From positions 1-55,464 of IMG/VR virus record IMGVR_UViG_3300025806_000001: a stretch of DNA of 55,464 bases. One strand, 5' to 3'. This stretch comes from a virus. Lineage: Duplodnaviria; Caudoviricetes. The notes below the pieces were generated by a model that was given only the letters and a program-made list of their open reading frames with translations, was not told where the DNA came from and ran no database searches. A program made the translations under genes and the position numbers. Positions 1 to 9,056 of this stretch are shown piece by piece (the first letter of the stretch is position 1; every line of letters starts with the position of its first letter).

Positions 1-127
1 CTGCGTAGACTGCCCTTTGTTCGTGACTATATCCGTAAAATATAACAACGGATAGGGGGTAGTCTACACTAATTAGGAGGTAGCCATGTCACTTGCACAA
101 GATTTTTACGATTTATTTAAAGGCAGC
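1..127. repeat. Terminal direct repeat, copy 1 (circular contig overlap)
   Basis: 1-127 is identical to 55338-55464; 127 nt equals a common maximum assembler k-mer. Confidence 0.95.
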
Positions 128-1612
128 GATATTGCTCACGGCACATATGTTGTAAAGAGTAATAGAGAAACAGACGGAAAGAAACAAGGCACAGCAAAAG
201 TTATTCGTGAACCCACTACAGTAGCTATGTGGGAAGAACACTTAAAAGGATCTACTCGTGGTCTGGGCATTATACCAATTAAAAGTGATAATACTTGCCA
301 TTGGGGTGCGATTGATATTGACGAGTATAGCGTTAGCCATAAAGATTTAATCACCACATTAACCAAGAATAAAATCCCTGCTGTAGTAGGCAGAACTAAA
401 AGTGGTGGAGCTCATGTATGGATATTTTTAAGTGAGCCTGTAGAAGCTGAAGAAATGCAACGCAGACTAACGGAGTTAAGTGCTGCTCTTGGTTTTGCAG
501 GAAGTGAAATATTCCCCAAACAAACAACAATCTTGCTAGATAGGGGTGATACAGGCAACTTTCTTAATATGCCCTACTTTAGTGGAGCTAAATCTACTCG
601 GTATGCGTTTGACCAAAATGCAGAAACATTAACGCCAGAAGAATTTATAGAATACTGTAAAGATTATATTGTAACCCCAAATCAATTTCGTAAACTTAAC
701 ATGGGCTTTGGCACAAAAGAAGGAATTCTAGAAGAAGGACCACCTTGTTTACAGCACTTGTGTAGTAAAGGATTTGGCGAAGGTTCACGAAACAATGCTC
801 TATTTAATCTTGGCGTGTATGCCAGAATGTTTGATGAAGATAATTGGGAGCAGTTAGTACAACGCTACAATGTAGATTACCTCAGCCCACCGCTAAGTCA
901 TGGTGAAGTAGGCAATACAATCAGGCAGTTAAAAAAGAAAGATTACTTCTATAAATGTGAAGACCAACCTATAAAACCTTTTTGTGATAAAGAGTTATGT
1001 AAAACAAGGAAGTATGGTGTAGGACCAAGTGGCATAGGCAACGATATGTCTAGCCTTACTAAAATTGATGGTGACCCCCCTATCTGGATTCTTAATGTAG
1101 ATGGCGAACGGCTAGAGCTTAGTACCAATGGTTTAACTAGTCAGGCACAGTTTCAAAAAGAGTGTGTATCGCAAATAAATAAATTCCCTGTTATGGTTAA
1201 TCAACGTTCATGGCAGACACGCATACAACTGTTGTTAGATAACTTGACTATTGTGGAAGTACCACCTGATGCTACGTTCAAAGGTGAGTTTGAAGACTTA
1301 CTTCATGCTTTCGCTGCGGAAAGAGCTAAAGGTGAAGAGCGTGAAGATATTCTGCAAGGTGTTGCGGTCTGGGCAGAAACGAGGGTATACTTTCAAATAA
1401 AAGATTTAAAGAAACATTTATCTGTAAACGATTTTAATCACTATACTTCTAACAAAATAACTTTAAGGTTACAGGATCTACAAGCAGAAAAAATGTTTTG
1501 GAGAGTAAGGGGGAAAGGTATTCATGTTTGGTCACTGCCACAAAACTATTTTGAAACAGATGATTCAGAAATGCCATTACCTCAGTTACCTGTTGAAAAC
1601 GACATAATCTAA
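86..1612 (+). CDS. Primase (AEP/Prim-Pol type with PriCT-like domain)
   Basis: WGAIDID and TKSGGAH motifs, GSRNNALF primase C-terminal motif; SD AGGAGG at 75-80. Confidence 0.75.
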   Translation: MSLAQDFYDLFKGSDIAHGTYVVKSNRETDGKKQGTAKVIREPTTVAMWEEHLKGSTRGLGIIPIKSDNTCHWGAIDIDEYSVSHKDLITTLTKNKIPAVVGRTKSGGAHVWIFLSEPVEAEEMQRRLTELSAALGFAGSEIFPKQTTILLDRGDTGNFLNMPYFSGAKSTRYAFDQNAETLTPEEFIEYCKDYIVTPNQFRKLNMGFGTKEGILEEGPPCLQHLCSKGFGEGSRNNALFNLGVYARMFDEDNWEQLVQRYNVDYLSPPLSHGEVGNTIRQLKKKDYFYKCEDQPIKPFCDKELCKTRKYGVGPSGIGNDMSSLTKIDGDPPIWILNVDGERLELSTNGLTSQAQFQKECVSQINKFPVMVNQRSWQTRIQLLLDNLTIVEVPPDATFKGEFEDLLHAFAAERAKGEEREDILQGVAVWAETRVYFQIKDLKKHLSVNDFNHYTSNKITLRLQDLQAEKMFWRVRGKGIHVWSLPQNYFETDDSEMPLPQLPVENDII

Positions 1613-3129
1613 TGAAGATTGTACTGGGACCTCCAGGAACAGGCAAGACAACTAAACTTCTTAACTTAGTTGAACAATACCTTGCCTCTGGTGTACCGCC
1701 AGACCGTATAGGGTACTTTGCTTTTACAAGAAGAGCAGCACAGGAAGCTATAGAAAGAGCTTGTACTAAATTTAGTATATCTAAAAAAGAGTTACCTTAC
1801 TTTAGAACCTTGCATAGTCTAGCCTTTTTGCAAGCAGGTTTGACCCATTCGCAGGTGATTACACCAGACAAGTACCAAGAAATAGCTGATTGGTTAAAGA
1901 TAGGAAAGTTTTACGGTGGGGGCAATGTAGAACAAGGACCATACAAAGACTTTGGGTATGGCGACAAGTTTCTTGAAATTATTAATATTGCTCGTATACT
2001 ACGCCAACCGTTACGCAAGATATACAATGATAGCATCGTACCTTTGAAAACAGATTGGGCTAGAGTTGATTATGTAAACAGAGGCATAGAGCATTGGAAA
2101 AGTTCTTATGGGTTATATGATTACACAGGAATGTTGGAGGCTTTTGTAGAGCGTGACCTTTGCCCTAAATTAGAAGTAGTGTTTATAGACGAAGCCCAAG
2201 ACCTGTCCCCTTTGCAGTGGGAAATGGTAAGACAGTTAGAACAAAAAAGCAAGATATGTTATGTAGCAGGTGATGATGACCAAGCTATTTATCGTTGGGC
2301 AGGAGCAGATGTAGATCACTTTGTAAACCTAGAAGGCGAAGTGACTTTGTTAAATAAGAGTTATCGTATTCCTTCTTCGCACCACACACTTAGCCATAAT
2401 GTGATAAAGACAATAGTAGGGCGTAGGGAAAAACAGTTTCAACCAAGGCAAGAAGACGGTAATATTACTTGGCATCGCCACTCTGAAGAGGTGGGTTTAT
2501 CAGAAGGTGACTGGCTGTTATTAAGCAGAACCACCCGAGGAGCTCAACAAATAGAGGAAGAAGTAAGAAGGCGAGGACATTTGTACATCTACAACGGTTC
2601 TAAAAGTATTGATAGTAAAGTGTTAGAAGCGGTCAGGTTATGGGAATATTTACGAGAAGGTAACAAGCTCAGCAAAGAACAAGTCTTACTTGTGTATAAG
2701 CACATGATGTTAAACAGTCAAGTAAAGTATGGCTGCAAAACAATGCCTGATGGGGAGGAAGGTTCTTTCTACAGTTTGCAAGAGTTACAAAACAATCACG
2801 GTTTGTTGCACAACCATCCATGGGATATTGGGTTAGGCAAAATAAATGAACGAGATAAAACTTACATAAAGGCTTGTTTACGAAAAGGTGAAAGCTTAAC
2901 CGAAACGCCCCGACTACGCATCTCTACTATTCATTCTGCTAAAGGGGCTCAAGCAACTAACGTAATGCTTTTAACTGATACGATGAAACGCCCTTACTCT
3001 ATGTGGCGTAAGATACATACCTACGAAGAAGATGAAACAAGGGTGTTTTATGTTGGACTTACTAGAGCCACACATAATATACATCTGATACATCCTATGT
3101 ATAGTCAAGGGTATGCGTTGCCCTACTGA
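1612..3129 (+). CDS. UvrD/Rep-like SF1 DNA helicase
   Basis: GPPGTGKT, DEAQD, GDDDQAIY, STIHSAKG, YVGLTRA. Confidence 0.92.
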   Translation: MKIVLGPPGTGKTTKLLNLVEQYLASGVPPDRIGYFAFTRRAAQEAIERACTKFSISKKELPYFRTLHSLAFLQAGLTHSQVITPDKYQEIADWLKIGKFYGGGNVEQGPYKDFGYGDKFLEIINIARILRQPLRKIYNDSIVPLKTDWARVDYVNRGIEHWKSSYGLYDYTGMLEAFVERDLCPKLEVVFIDEAQDLSPLQWEMVRQLEQKSKICYVAGDDDQAIYRWAGADVDHFVNLEGEVTLLNKSYRIPSSHHTLSHNVIKTIVGRREKQFQPRQEDGNITWHRHSEEVGLSEGDWLLLSRTTRGAQQIEEEVRRRGHLYIYNGSKSIDSKVLEAVRLWEYLREGNKLSKEQVLLVYKHMMLNSQVKYGCKTMPDGEEGSFYSLQELQNNHGLLHNHPWDIGLGKINERDKTYIKACLRKGESLTETPRLRISTIHSAKGAQATNVMLLTDTMKRPYSMWRKIHTYEEDETRVFYVGLTRATHNIHLIHPMYSQGYALPY

Positions 3130-3137
3130 ACAAACAA

Positions 3138-3155
3138 GACAAATAAACACTTATC
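3138..3155. promoter_or_regulatory. Palindromic operator-like site GAYAA-N8-TTRTC overlapping a putative promoter
   Basis: GACAA ataaacac TTATC; TTATCA-N16-TATTAT follows. Confidence 0.6.
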
Positions 3156-3211
3156 AAGACTAACGCTGCGTGTATTATGGTTAGGCATTATAAAACATAG
3201 AAAGGGAAAAA

Positions 3212-3472
3212 ATGCAGGTAAAATATTTCAGCAAAGACCTTTTGGTAAAGGCTAACAAAACTGCGATTCGTACTAACCGCAATCGTTCGCTTGAACCAAA
3301 GTATTTGTCGCAACTCGACGAAGACAACAAGTACCCTATCGTATGGGCAATGCCACACAATGACGTAGAAATGCGTGTTCGTTTATTATTAAATGCAGAC
3401 GATGATGCGTGGCTCGATATACCCTTTAAAACCTACGACAAACTACCTGTCGTAACAATGCCAACACATTAA
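3212..3472 (+). CDS. Hypothetical protein
   Basis: ORF with AGAAAGGG SD. Confidence 0.7.
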   Translation: MQVKYFSKDLLVKANKTAIRTNRNRSLEPKYLSQLDEDNKYPIVWAMPHNDVEMRVRLLLNADDDAWLDIPFKTYDKLPVVTMPTH

Positions 3473-3492
3473 CTCTAGAAAGGAGTATTCAA

Positions 3493-4521
3493 ATGGCACA
3501 TGAAGTAGAAACAATGGCTTATGCAGGACAAGTTCCTTGGCATGGTCTAGGCAAACAGGTTGACAACAATATGTCTCCTGACGAAATGTTAAAAGCTGCC
3601 CAAATTGACTGGACAGTTAGTAAGCGACCTGCTTACACAATTGACAAACCAAACTGTTGGAATATTGTAGACCCAACAGGCGAGGCAGGGTTTTTGCGTT
3701 GCCCTGACAACCACTTCCTTGTTCGTGACAGTGACAACAAAATACTGTCCCCTTGTGGTGAAGGCTACGTTCCTTTCCAAAACTCAGAAGTTATGGACTT
3801 TTTCAAAAAGTTTACCGAAGCAGGTTCTATGACTATGGAAACAGCAGGTAGCTTAAAAGACGGCAAAGACATTTGGGGGTTAGCAAAGCTTAAAGATGAG
3901 TTTGCTCTTGCAGGTGGCGACGAAGTAAAAGGTTATCTGTTACTAAACAATAGCCACCAAGTCGGTAAAGCCATGACTATTATGTTCACACCTATACGAG
4001 TCGTGTGCAATAATACACTAACAATGGCTCTCAACAACGATGGCAACCGCTTCCGAGTTCTGCACTTACAAATGTTCGACGAGGAAATACAAAAGGCTGC
4101 TGAAGATGCGTTAGGTATTAGTGGTCAGCAAATGACACACTTCAAAGAACAGTCAGAGTTCTTGGCTAACAAACGAGCCAAAGAGTTTGACATCGACAAC
4201 TTTATTGCAGAGTTGTTCCAACCTAATCTACTGATTGAAAGGGCGAAAGCCAGTAACCCTGATACGTTACCTGCTCTACGTGAAGAGTTTAAAAACACAG
4301 CAGAGCTTGTGCATGAGGCAGTAGAAAACAGTCCAGGTCATAACTTAACGTCTGCCAAGGGTACTTGGTGGGGAGCAGTAAATGCTGTGACTTATGTTGT
4401 TGATCACCAGAAAAAGTCTTTAGCTGAGGGTAATGCGTTGCACTCTGCATGGTTTGGCTCGGGTGCAAACACTAAGCGTAAAGCATTGACAAAAGCTGTT
4501 GAGTATGCTAACGTATCTTAA
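3493..4521 (+). CDS. DUF932 / TIGR03299-like phage-plasmid protein
   Basis: MAHEVETMAY..PWHGLG start, ETAGSL, TPIRVVCNNTL, GTWWGAVNAVT. Confidence 0.85.
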   Translation: MAHEVETMAYAGQVPWHGLGKQVDNNMSPDEMLKAAQIDWTVSKRPAYTIDKPNCWNIVDPTGEAGFLRCPDNHFLVRDSDNKILSPCGEGYVPFQNSEVMDFFKKFTEAGSMTMETAGSLKDGKDIWGLAKLKDEFALAGGDEVKGYLLLNNSHQVGKAMTIMFTPIRVVCNNTLTMALNNDGNRFRVLHLQMFDEEIQKAAEDALGISGQQMTHFKEQSEFLANKRAKEFDIDNFIAELFQPNLLIERAKASNPDTLPALREEFKNTAELVHEAVENSPGHNLTSAKGTWWGAVNAVTYVVDHQKKSLAEGNALHSAWFGSGANTKRKALTKAVEYANVS

Positions 4522-4524
4522 CCT

Positions 4525-4542
4525 GATAAACTAAATGTTGTC
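4525..4542. promoter_or_regulatory. Palindromic operator-like site GAYAA-N8-TTRTC
   Basis: GATAA actaaatg TTGTC, intergenic. Confidence 0.6.
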
Positions 4543-4601
4543 TTGGTAGTGTTCATATATTAGAGTGTGAACACTACCAGTTTCCATAGAAAGGGAATTA
4601 A

Positions 4602-5237
4602 ATGCACTATGCGATATGTAACAGTGATAATGAGAACAGCCCTTACCAAGTGCTGTCTTTTACTTCATTAGCCTCTATGAAAGACTGCCAGTTTATAGAT
4701 GAATATAGTATGGTGTACAGTACCAAAGAACCCAAACAGTTGATAGATAATTGGCAACAAGATGAGCTTGAAGGTACATGGCTCAGCATTTTGCTTAACA
4801 GTAAAAAAGCTCATAACAAGTTTTCTACTGACTTAACTACTTACCGAAACATGAAAAACAAGTTTCAGAATAAAGAGATAGCAGCACAGAAACTCCATGA
4901 ACTGGTGCTGTTTTGTGTGAAACCATGGAAAAAGGAAAACCAAATGAATGAAGCTGTAGAAGTCACAACAATTCATGTAGATGAATTTAATAATAAGGCT
5001 CAAAAAGCAGAAAAGGAGGTACGCCCTCGTTTTGAAAAGACAACTAAAATAGTTGCTCTTATGGACACACCCCCAATCCGTTCAGGTACAAATCGTTACC
5101 GTAACATGGAAGTGGTTATGGGATGTGCCACTGTAGCCGAAGCGATGGAAAAACTTCGTGCCTTAGATCCTGCTCCTGGAGGTGGGGTAGATATTAAGAT
5201 TGCTGTAAAGGCAGGAGCCGTTAAGTTAGAGGAGTAA
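4602..5237 (+). CDS. Hypothetical protein, possible C-terminal DNA-binding domain
   Basis: ORF with AGAAAGGG SD. Confidence 0.65.
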   Translation: MHYAICNSDNENSPYQVLSFTSLASMKDCQFIDEYSMVYSTKEPKQLIDNWQQDELEGTWLSILLNSKKAHNKFSTDLTTYRNMKNKFQNKEIAAQKLHELVLFCVKPWKKENQMNEAVEVTTIHVDEFNNKAQKAEKEVRPRFEKTTKIVALMDTPPIRSGTNRYRNMEVVMGCATVAEAMEKLRALDPAPGGGVDIKIAVKAGAVKLEE

Positions 5238-5240
5238 ACT

Positions 5241-6152
5241 ATGGATACCGAAGCTGTAGAAAGATACTTTGGTTGGATAAATGAAAGACATTCTATTTAC
5301 CAACGCAGGGTAGCCGACGAAATACCACCGTGGACGGAAGATAGAATTCTTCAGGATTATAAGTTTACAAATCCTTTTCGTGAAAACGATAAAGTAACTG
5401 TGTGGATGCGTGAGAATTGGACTAAGCCCAATCACAACCGTCCACACGGTGAAATTATCTTTAACTGTTGCTTGTTTCGTATGATTGGCACAAGTGAGTT
5501 TGCCGATGCCCACAAGTGGGTACACGAAGATGAAGGGTGGGATAAAGATAAAACTAAACAATTAATTGAAGAGCGGTTGTCAAAAGGTTTACGAACTTTT
5601 ACTGGTGCATATATAATCACAAATCAGGGGTTAAAAGCACCAAAGTCGGAGGTCGTGGTTGACTATTTTCTTACGCCCATTTGGGAAGAAAAGAACACGC
5701 TTTCAAAGATTGCCGAGGAATCTTTATCCCTCGAAGCTCTCCACCAAGCGATGGGTTCCTATAAAGGGTGGGGAGGGGGAGGTTTTATGTCGTACGAGGT
5801 GGTTACGGACCTCAACTACACACCTGTGTTGGAAGCCGCGAAGGATCAGTTCACATGGGCTAACGCAGGTCCTGGAGCCAAGCGAGGATTAAACCGTATA
5901 CATTTGCGTGACCTTAAAAAAGGCATGAATCAACAGGTAGCTAATACTGAAATGCAACTGTTGTTAGCCGAAGCTCCCAAGTATTGTAAACCTCATGTAC
6001 CTATAGCTCGTGTAGATATGCGTACTATAGAGCATAGCTTGTGTGAGTGGGATAAATACGAACGTGTGCGTTTAGGACAAGGTACTCCTAGAAGTAGATA
6101 CAACGCTAACATATTATCAAACGACAACTTCAAGAAAGGAACTGTAGAATGA
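5241..6152 (+). CDS. aGPT-Pplase1 family (alpha-glutamyl/putrescinyl-thymine; amino-acid:DNA transferase-like) thymidine hypermodification protein
   Basis: ERHSIY..PPWTEDRIL..YKFTNPFRENDKVT, F.SYEVVTDL, GPGAKRGL, IEHSLCEWDKY motifs; next to TS homologue. Confidence 0.85.
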   Translation: MDTEAVERYFGWINERHSIYQRRVADEIPPWTEDRILQDYKFTNPFRENDKVTVWMRENWTKPNHNRPHGEIIFNCCLFRMIGTSEFADAHKWVHEDEGWDKDKTKQLIEERLSKGLRTFTGAYIITNQGLKAPKSEVVVDYFLTPIWEEKNTLSKIAEESLSLEALHQAMGSYKGWGGGGFMSYEVVTDLNYTPVLEAAKDQFTWANAGPGAKRGLNRIHLRDLKKGMNQQVANTEMQLLLAEAPKYCKPHVPIARVDMRTIEHSLCEWDKYERVRLGQGTPRSRYNANILSNDNFKKGTVE

Positions 6153-7489
6153 AGTTCTTAATGACACTATTCCAAATACAAGATTATGGTGGCATAATAA
6201 ACCATGCTGAGTATTTAACCAAAGGCTTGAAAGAGCTAGGGCATGAAGTAGACTTTTGTATGCTCGTCCCTAAAGGGGCTGTTTCAAATAGATTGCCCAT
6301 GCGAGGTAGGCAAGATGGCTACAAATCTTTAGAAGGTGGGACAGGTTATAAGTTTCATCAAGCAAGGGGGTGGAAAGGTGTACCCAAGATACCTTATGTG
6401 AGCAAACAAGCACGAGAGTCATTTAAAGATAGGTGCAGTAAATACGATGCGGTGCTCTGGCACATACCTGTGCCTACCCTTAATAAAGATAACACAGAAA
6501 TCACAGCTTGGTTAGATTTATACGATCACGGTAGCAAAAACATTGCTATCATACACGATGGCAATCTACCTAAGTTGTATCCGCACCTTATCTCTGTTTC
6601 AAAGTATTTTCATGCTGCTGTATGCGTTCATGAAAGTGCATACAACTCGGCAAAATATTTAGATATTCCACGCAAGTTAATCTTAAACCCTTTTAAAATA
6701 CATGGGGATTTTGGCTTAGACTTTGATAAGCGTAGCGGTGCATTGGCTATCCAAATATTCAAGGCATGGAAACGAGTAGATACCCTAGTTCGTGCTGTGC
6801 CGTTTATACAAGAGCCTGTTGTAGTCGGTGGAGCAGGTATTGAATACAGGTACATGACAAGTAAAGATAAGTGTAAACCAAAATACTTTGATGCACAGGG
6901 TAATCGTATATGGGAAGTCGCCCTTAGTAACGGTATGAGTTATCACGGTGTTGTGCCTAATGAAGAAGTATTACGATTGCTTGGTGAGACTAAGTTACAA
7001 ATAGACCCTAGCTTTTCTAAAAAGTATTCTGGTTACGGAGCACACTTTAATCGCACAACGGTAGAGGCAATGATCAAAGGTGCAGTACCAATGGCTACAG
7101 ACTTGGGTATGAAAGATAGCCAGATATTTAAGTCTGGGCGAAACTACATAGAGATACCCCATACAGCTACGCCCGAAGAGTTTGGGGATATAGTAAACGA
7201 GAGTTTGACCAATAAGCAACAGTGGGAAACAATACGACATAACAATCTGGGGGTGCTAAATAAGTTTGATATGCGGAACGTAGCACAAGAATATGCAGAC
7301 ATTGTAACTCAGCCCACGCACTTTCTTGAAAAAGGTCAGCCACAACAAAATATTGGGCTAATTGCAGATTGCAATAAAAACCTACAGTTTTTCGGGCTAC
7401 CGAAGCTTTCGACGCTAATCGAGGAGCGTATGACAGCACAGCATGGGGCAACCCTAGCAAATTATAACAACAACCATCGAGGGGGCTAA
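6149..7489 (+). CDS. GT-B fold glycosyltransferase (GT4-like), probably DNA-modifying
   Basis: N-terminal GG..H...L.KGLKELGHEV; C-terminal EAMIKGAVPMATDLG; WKRVDTLVRA. Confidence 0.8.
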   Translation: MKFLMTLFQIQDYGGIINHAEYLTKGLKELGHEVDFCMLVPKGAVSNRLPMRGRQDGYKSLEGGTGYKFHQARGWKGVPKIPYVSKQARESFKDRCSKYDAVLWHIPVPTLNKDNTEITAWLDLYDHGSKNIAIIHDGNLPKLYPHLISVSKYFHAAVCVHESAYNSAKYLDIPRKLILNPFKIHGDFGLDFDKRSGALAIQIFKAWKRVDTLVRAVPFIQEPVVVGGAGIEYRYMTSKDKCKPKYFDAQGNRIWEVALSNGMSYHGVVPNEEVLRLLGETKLQIDPSFSKKYSGYGAHFNRTTVEAMIKGAVPMATDLGMKDSQIFKSGRNYIEIPHTATPEEFGDIVNESLTNKQQWETIRHNNLGVLNKFDMRNVAQEYADIVTQPTHFLEKGQPQQNIGLIADCNKNLQFFGLPKLSTLIEERMTAQHGATLANYNNNHRGG

Positions 7490-7490
7490 T

Positions 7491-8531
7491 ATGCAGTCGA
7501 TACACGCAAGAAACGTAAGTGAGGCACTATACCTAGCAAAGCAAGCATTAGAAACTAACGGAGTAGAGGTACAAACTCGTAATGGGGCAGCTTTAGAGTT
7601 CCCCACTCCTGTTATGACAACCTACACAGATAGCCGTGAACGAGTGTTGTTTTATCCCGAACGTGATGCCAACCCATACTTCCACTTCATGGAATCTTTA
7701 TGGATGTTGGCAGGACGTAATGATGTAGAATGGATTAGCCAGTTTAACGGCAGGATAAATACCTACAGTGACGATGGCGAGTACTTCCATGGGGCATATG
7801 GTTTTAGATGGAGAGAGTGGTTTGGTGAAGATCAATTATTAACCGCTATTCATAGGCTGAGGAAATACCCAAATGATAGACGAACAGTTATTGGGATGTG
7901 GGATCCATGGGAAGATTTGCAGGAAGAAAACGATGGCAAAGATTATCCTTGCAATACCCAGATTTATTTTTGGTCTCGTAACGACAAACTAAACATGACT
8001 GTAGCTAATCGCAGTAACGATATGATTTGGGGGGCATACGGAGCTAATGCTGTGCATATGTCTTTCTTGTTAGAATACATGGCAGGAATGTGTGGTCTTC
8101 GGGTAGGAACTTATTATCAGTTTAGTAACAACCTTCATGCTTATGTAGATACACTACAAAAGTTAGACAACTTGCAGCCAGAATACGATCCTTACCTTAC
8201 TATCGGTGATGATGGGTTAAGCTATAATCCCCCACCATTAATAGACAACCCTGCTACCTTTGACCAAGACCTCAGCCAGTGGTTTAAAACATGGGGTGGT
8301 GACAACAGTGCTAACAAAACAAGATTAGAGTACAATAAAGAAGTTGAAGACACAGGTGCAATAAATGATTACCTGAACACAACAGCAACGCCCATGATTA
8401 AGTCTTGGAAAGCATGGAAAACTAAAGGCACGAATACCATGTTTATGGATGAAGCAATAATCGAGGCGACAGCAATTAACGATACGGCATGGCGTAAGGC
8501 TTGCCTTGAATGGTTAGAGAGGAGAACATAA
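7491..8531 (+). CDS. Thymidylate synthase homologue, probable dUMP hydroxymethylase
   Basis: TRNG, DRR, catalytic PC (DYPCN), RSND, Asn at the dUMP-specificity position (WGAYGAN), NLHAY. Confidence 0.85.
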   Translation: MQSIHARNVSEALYLAKQALETNGVEVQTRNGAALEFPTPVMTTYTDSRERVLFYPERDANPYFHFMESLWMLAGRNDVEWISQFNGRINTYSDDGEYFHGAYGFRWREWFGEDQLLTAIHRLRKYPNDRRTVIGMWDPWEDLQEENDGKDYPCNTQIYFWSRNDKLNMTVANRSNDMIWGAYGANAVHMSFLLEYMAGMCGLRVGTYYQFSNNLHAYVDTLQKLDNLQPEYDPYLTIGDDGLSYNPPPLIDNPATFDQDLSQWFKTWGGDNSANKTRLEYNKEVEDTGAINDYLNTTATPMIKSWKAWKTKGTNTMFMDEAIIEATAINDTAWRKACLEWLERRT

Positions 8532-8911
8532 TGAGTGTTGAGTCAGATAAATTTGAGTATAACTACAGTGAAATGATTACGATCGTAGAAAAAGTAGCAC
8601 AAGTAGATGTTACAAAACTACACAAGGCAGAGCAGAGTTACGGAAACAGTTGGAAACAAAGAGGTGGCGTAGGTGCATTCATGATGCTTGCCCGAAAGTG
8701 GGATAGGCTTGAAAAACAAGTAAATGAAAGCAATTACGACATCTTTCTTGCTGCTGAAAAAGACAATAGAGCTGAAGGTATCTTGGATGATATACAAGAT
8801 TTACGCAGGTATCTTATGTTAGTTGAAGCGGAAATTATTCGGAAGGAAACAACGAATGACCAAGAGCCAGACCTCTTCCTTGAAGAACGATGCGAATGGA
8901 AAACTGGATGA
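8531..8911 (+). CDS. Nucleotide-modification-associated all-alpha protein (Nmad1/DUF1599-like; possible dNTP pyrophosphatase)
   Basis: SYGNSW..RKWDRL..DDIQDLRRY pattern; start moved to ATG 8531 after GGAG. Confidence 0.6.
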   Translation: MSVESDKFEYNYSEMITIVEKVAQVDVTKLHKAEQSYGNSWKQRGGVGAFMMLARKWDRLEKQVNESNYDIFLAAEKDNRAEGILDDIQDLRRYLMLVEAEIIRKETTNDQEPDLFLEERCEWKTG

Positions 8912-9056
8912 AGTGCTAGTTGCCGTTTGTGAGTGTGGGGTTACAAAGGAGGTTACTTTTCGCAATTTGAAAAATAAGTGGGCTAAATGTCATAAATGCA
9001 ACCAACCGATGAAAGTGAAAAGTAATGCAGTTTCCTTTATTTCAACCCCCGACTGA
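8856..9056 (+). CDS. Small zinc-ribbon protein
   Basis: CECG...CHKC; start moved to 8856. Confidence 0.5.
   Translation: MTKSQTSSLKNDANGKLDEVLVAVCECGVTKEVTFRNLKNKWAKCHKCNQPMKVKSNAVSFISTPD

Noticed and set aside
7491-8531. dCMP hydroxymethylase plus glucosyltransferase (T4-like glucosyl-hmC)
   Set aside because: The specificity residue is Asn (dUMP-type), not Asp, and the aGPT-Pplase1 neighbour points to thymidine
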